Positions 62,044-64,000 of a stretch of DNA of 64,000 bases are shown here, one piece after another (positions within the stretch are counted from its first letter, which is position 1; each line of letters starts with the position of its first letter). The notes under the pieces were generated by a model. It did no database searches and was not told the origin of the DNA. It worked only from the letters and a program-made list of their open reading frames with translations. The translations under genes and the position numbers were made by a program. Source of the stretch: a virus; IMG/VR virus record IMGVR_UViG_3300044691_000566, positions 95,747 through 159,746 of that record. One strand, given 5' to 3'.

Positions 62044-62910
62044 GTGCCCGCACGATCCCCGCTGGACCTGTTCGGCATCCTCCCGCAGTACAAACTGTTC
62101 GCTCCGGCCACGCCGGAGCGGTCGATGGTGCCCGATGACCAGGATTCGGGTCTGTGCTTCCAGGTCCCGGTCCGGCGCGGCATGGGCCCGGATCTCTGGT
62201 CCACCTCCACGGCGTTGGTCCCGGTCCAGCGCATCTGCCATGACGTCAACGGCTATTACCGCGAGCTGGGGGTGAACTGGCGGGCCACCCGCAGAGAGTT
62301 GGCCGTGGCGTACATGGCCCGCAACGGCATGGCCTCTTCCCGGCTGACGTACATCTTCAAGCAGCTCCTGAACCCCAAGGTCCGCGAGGCGTACGACCGT
62401 ACGGGGCCCGGGGGAGAGTTCTTGGACGACTACACCCAGACGGACTTGAAGCGCCGGGCGTCCGATGAGGCTGTCCGGCGGTCCACGCTGGGGCAGACGG
62501 CGTCGGCCGACGACATCATGGACGAGTGGGGGTATGTGACGGTCCCCGAGGATGGAATTGACAGCGTCAGCCCCATGGGGAAGGATCGGGGGCAACGCCG
62601 GAACGGCCCCTGGAATTACTCCTATTACGCCTGGAAGACCAGCGGCTACCTCCAGAACGAGGAGCGGCTCCAGCAGTGGCAGGAACTCCTTTCCATGGCG
62701 GCGGCCCGGCAGCGTGTGGCACCCGTGTTGGCCATCGGCCTGACCGCGATGTCAGACCGTCCCTTCATGCTGGAAGACATCAACGGCAAGCCGGTGGTCT
62801 TCTTTCCTGAAGAATCTCAACCCGATCTCTCGGTCGCGGAAGATGCGATCGAGCATTCTCTCCAATTCTCCCCGAATCCCCTCGAATCCTCCGAAAGTGA
62901 AATCTCGTGA
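62044..62910 (+). CDS. J-domain-like protein lacking HPD
   Basis: GYYRELGV...ATRREL..AY...LLNPKVREAYD. Confidence 0.6.
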   Translation: MPARSPLDLFGILPQYKLFAPATPERSMVPDDQDSGLCFQVPVRRGMGPDLWSTSTALVPVQRICHDVNGYYRELGVNWRATRRELAVAYMARNGMASSRLTYIFKQLLNPKVREAYDRTGPGGEFLDDYTQTDLKRRASDEAVRRSTLGQTASADDIMDEWGYVTVPEDGIDSVSPMGKDRGQRRNGPWNYSYYAWKTSGYLQNEERLQQWQELLSMAAARQRVAPVLAIGLTAMSDRPFMLEDINGKPVVFFPEESQPDLSVAEDAIEHSLQFSPNPLESSESEIS

Positions 62911-63836
62911 CGATAGACCAGATCATCGAGAGCGACGACGATCTCATTGAGCGTGGCGACGACGACGAGCGCAGCGCCAGCTACCGGCAGGTCCCCTGGT
63001 GGTACATCAAGAACGAGGGCGACACCGCGATCCTCCGCCTCCTGGAGGAGTCCCCGGACTGGCGCAAGGTCCTCACGCACCGGTTTTTCCCCACGAAGCC
63101 GGAGCCGGAGGGCCACGAGGGCAAGTGGCCGGACATGATGCCCGCCACCTGCCGTGCGGGCGGCAAGATCGGCCAGCGGTACCCGCAGGGCTGCGCCATC
63201 GACCGCTCGGGCTACAAGGGCAAATACGGCAAGGGCTCCACGGCCGAGATCGTCCACTACACGATGGCCGTGGAGCGTGAACGGTACGAGGACGCCAACG
63301 GTCGCCGGAGGTACCGGGACAAGTCGATCCAGGTCCCGGCCTTCGACGACGAGGGCAACGAGATCGAGGGCCAGACCCTGGAACTGCCGTCCATCGTCCT
63401 GATCGGCGAGACCATGTTCCGGATGATGAGCAGCGTCAAGGGGACCGGTGAGGCCCTGAGCAGCCTGCGCACCCAGGACCTCCAGATCAAGCTGATCAAG
63501 AATCCCAGCGGCAAGAACGGGCTGATCGCCCAGGTCATCCCCCTGGACAAGGACCCGTCGATCCAGCCGGGCACCGAGCACTGGGAGATCTACCAGCACG
63601 CCCAGCAGCTCTGGAAGCCGGGCGGCCTCGTCCTCAACCGCGAGATCCTGAGCCGCGCCAGCGAGGAGTACTGGAACAGGTTCTTCCTGCTGCCCGACGG
63701 CAAGACCTTCGCCCAGCACCAGATCGAGCGGGGTGCCCCGGCGGACCTGCCCACCGCCACCGCTTCGGCCGCCTCGGTGCAGACGCCGGACGCCGACAAG
63801 CTCGCGGCCATGAAGGCCCGCATCACCAAGAGCTGA
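62907..63836 (+). CDS. single-stranded DNA-binding protein (gp32-like)
   Basis: IKNEGDTAILRLL, H...TC...C Zn site; position in the replication cluster. Confidence 0.55.
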   Translation: MTIDQIIESDDDLIERGDDDERSASYRQVPWWYIKNEGDTAILRLLEESPDWRKVLTHRFFPTKPEPEGHEGKWPDMMPATCRAGGKIGQRYPQGCAIDRSGYKGKYGKGSTAEIVHYTMAVERERYEDANGRRRYRDKSIQVPAFDDEGNEIEGQTLELPSIVLIGETMFRMMSSVKGTGEALSSLRTQDLQIKLIKNPSGKNGLIAQVIPLDKDPSIQPGTEHWEIYQHAQQLWKPGGLVLNREILSRASEEYWNRFFLLPDGKTFAQHQIERGAPADLPTATASAASVQTPDADKLAAMKARITKS

Positions 63837-63851
63837 CCTCCTTGCCCCTGA

Positions 63852-63886
63852 CGGCCGCCCACCCGATCGTGGAGTGGGCGGCCGTC
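63852..63886 (+). terminator. hairpin after the SSB gene
   Basis: ACGGCCGCCCAC...GTGGGCGGCCGT. Confidence 0.55.
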
Positions 63887-63908
63887 CTGATCGTGCTCGG
63901 GGGGACCC

Positions 63909-64000
63909 ATGCGCATCATCGAGTCGTACGCCAGTCATGGTCTCGTGATCGAGATGGACGGCCGCACGTATCCGTGCCCGGCCCTCCTGGAGGACGACGA
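63909..64000 (+). CDS. 3'-truncated hypothetical protein
   Basis: ATG 63909 after GGGGGA; open to the window end. Confidence 0.5.
   Translation, partial: MRIIESYASHGLVIEMDGRTYPCPALLEDD

Noticed and set aside
1-64000. tRNA, rRNA, integrase, terminase or portal genes
   Set aside because: None recognised by eye in this window; a tRNAscan/HMM run would be needed to be sure.

Overview
High-GC actinobacterial (probably Streptomyces-type host) myovirus segment with the gene order of mycobacteriophage cluster C (Bxz1-like) phages. Head genes occupy 1-10.9 kb, neck, contractile tail, baseplate and fibre genes 13.5-43.9 kb, and DNA-metabolism genes 44-64 kb (intein-containing SF2 helicase, antirepressor, DinG, 5'-3' exonuclease, DnaC/DnaB/primase, SSB). 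Main finding: a stand-alone RAMP/Cas7-like gene (12251-12829) and a wHTH/coiled-coil partner, with 16 small non-coding units in two arrays (5867-6436, 10961-12172) and five dispersed copies. Each unit has an extended -10 promoter-like leader (TGA-YAGRGT-CA), 7-11 GGY triplets separated by variable dinucleotides (GGY-NN), and a terminal hairpin, usually with a UNCG loop. Reading the NN pairs antisense with every third base skipped gives LRLYMTATPRI (an SF2 helicase motif III) from one unit. Another gives LLYTSRKAM, which matches this phage's own DinG in protein but differs in DNA at the Leu/Ser/Arg codons. This points to a non-CRISPR RNA-guided system with a gapped code. It resembles the recently reported VIPR systems (recalled, not verified here). 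Also seen: a ~600-nt structured ncRNA with a duplicated pseudoknot module, a fixed-spacing bipartite late promoter (9 copies), a dispersed TTTTAAAA motif (11 copies), a shared early operator, a class 3 intein and a -1 frameshift. All product calls come from motif recognition by eye, with no database searches.
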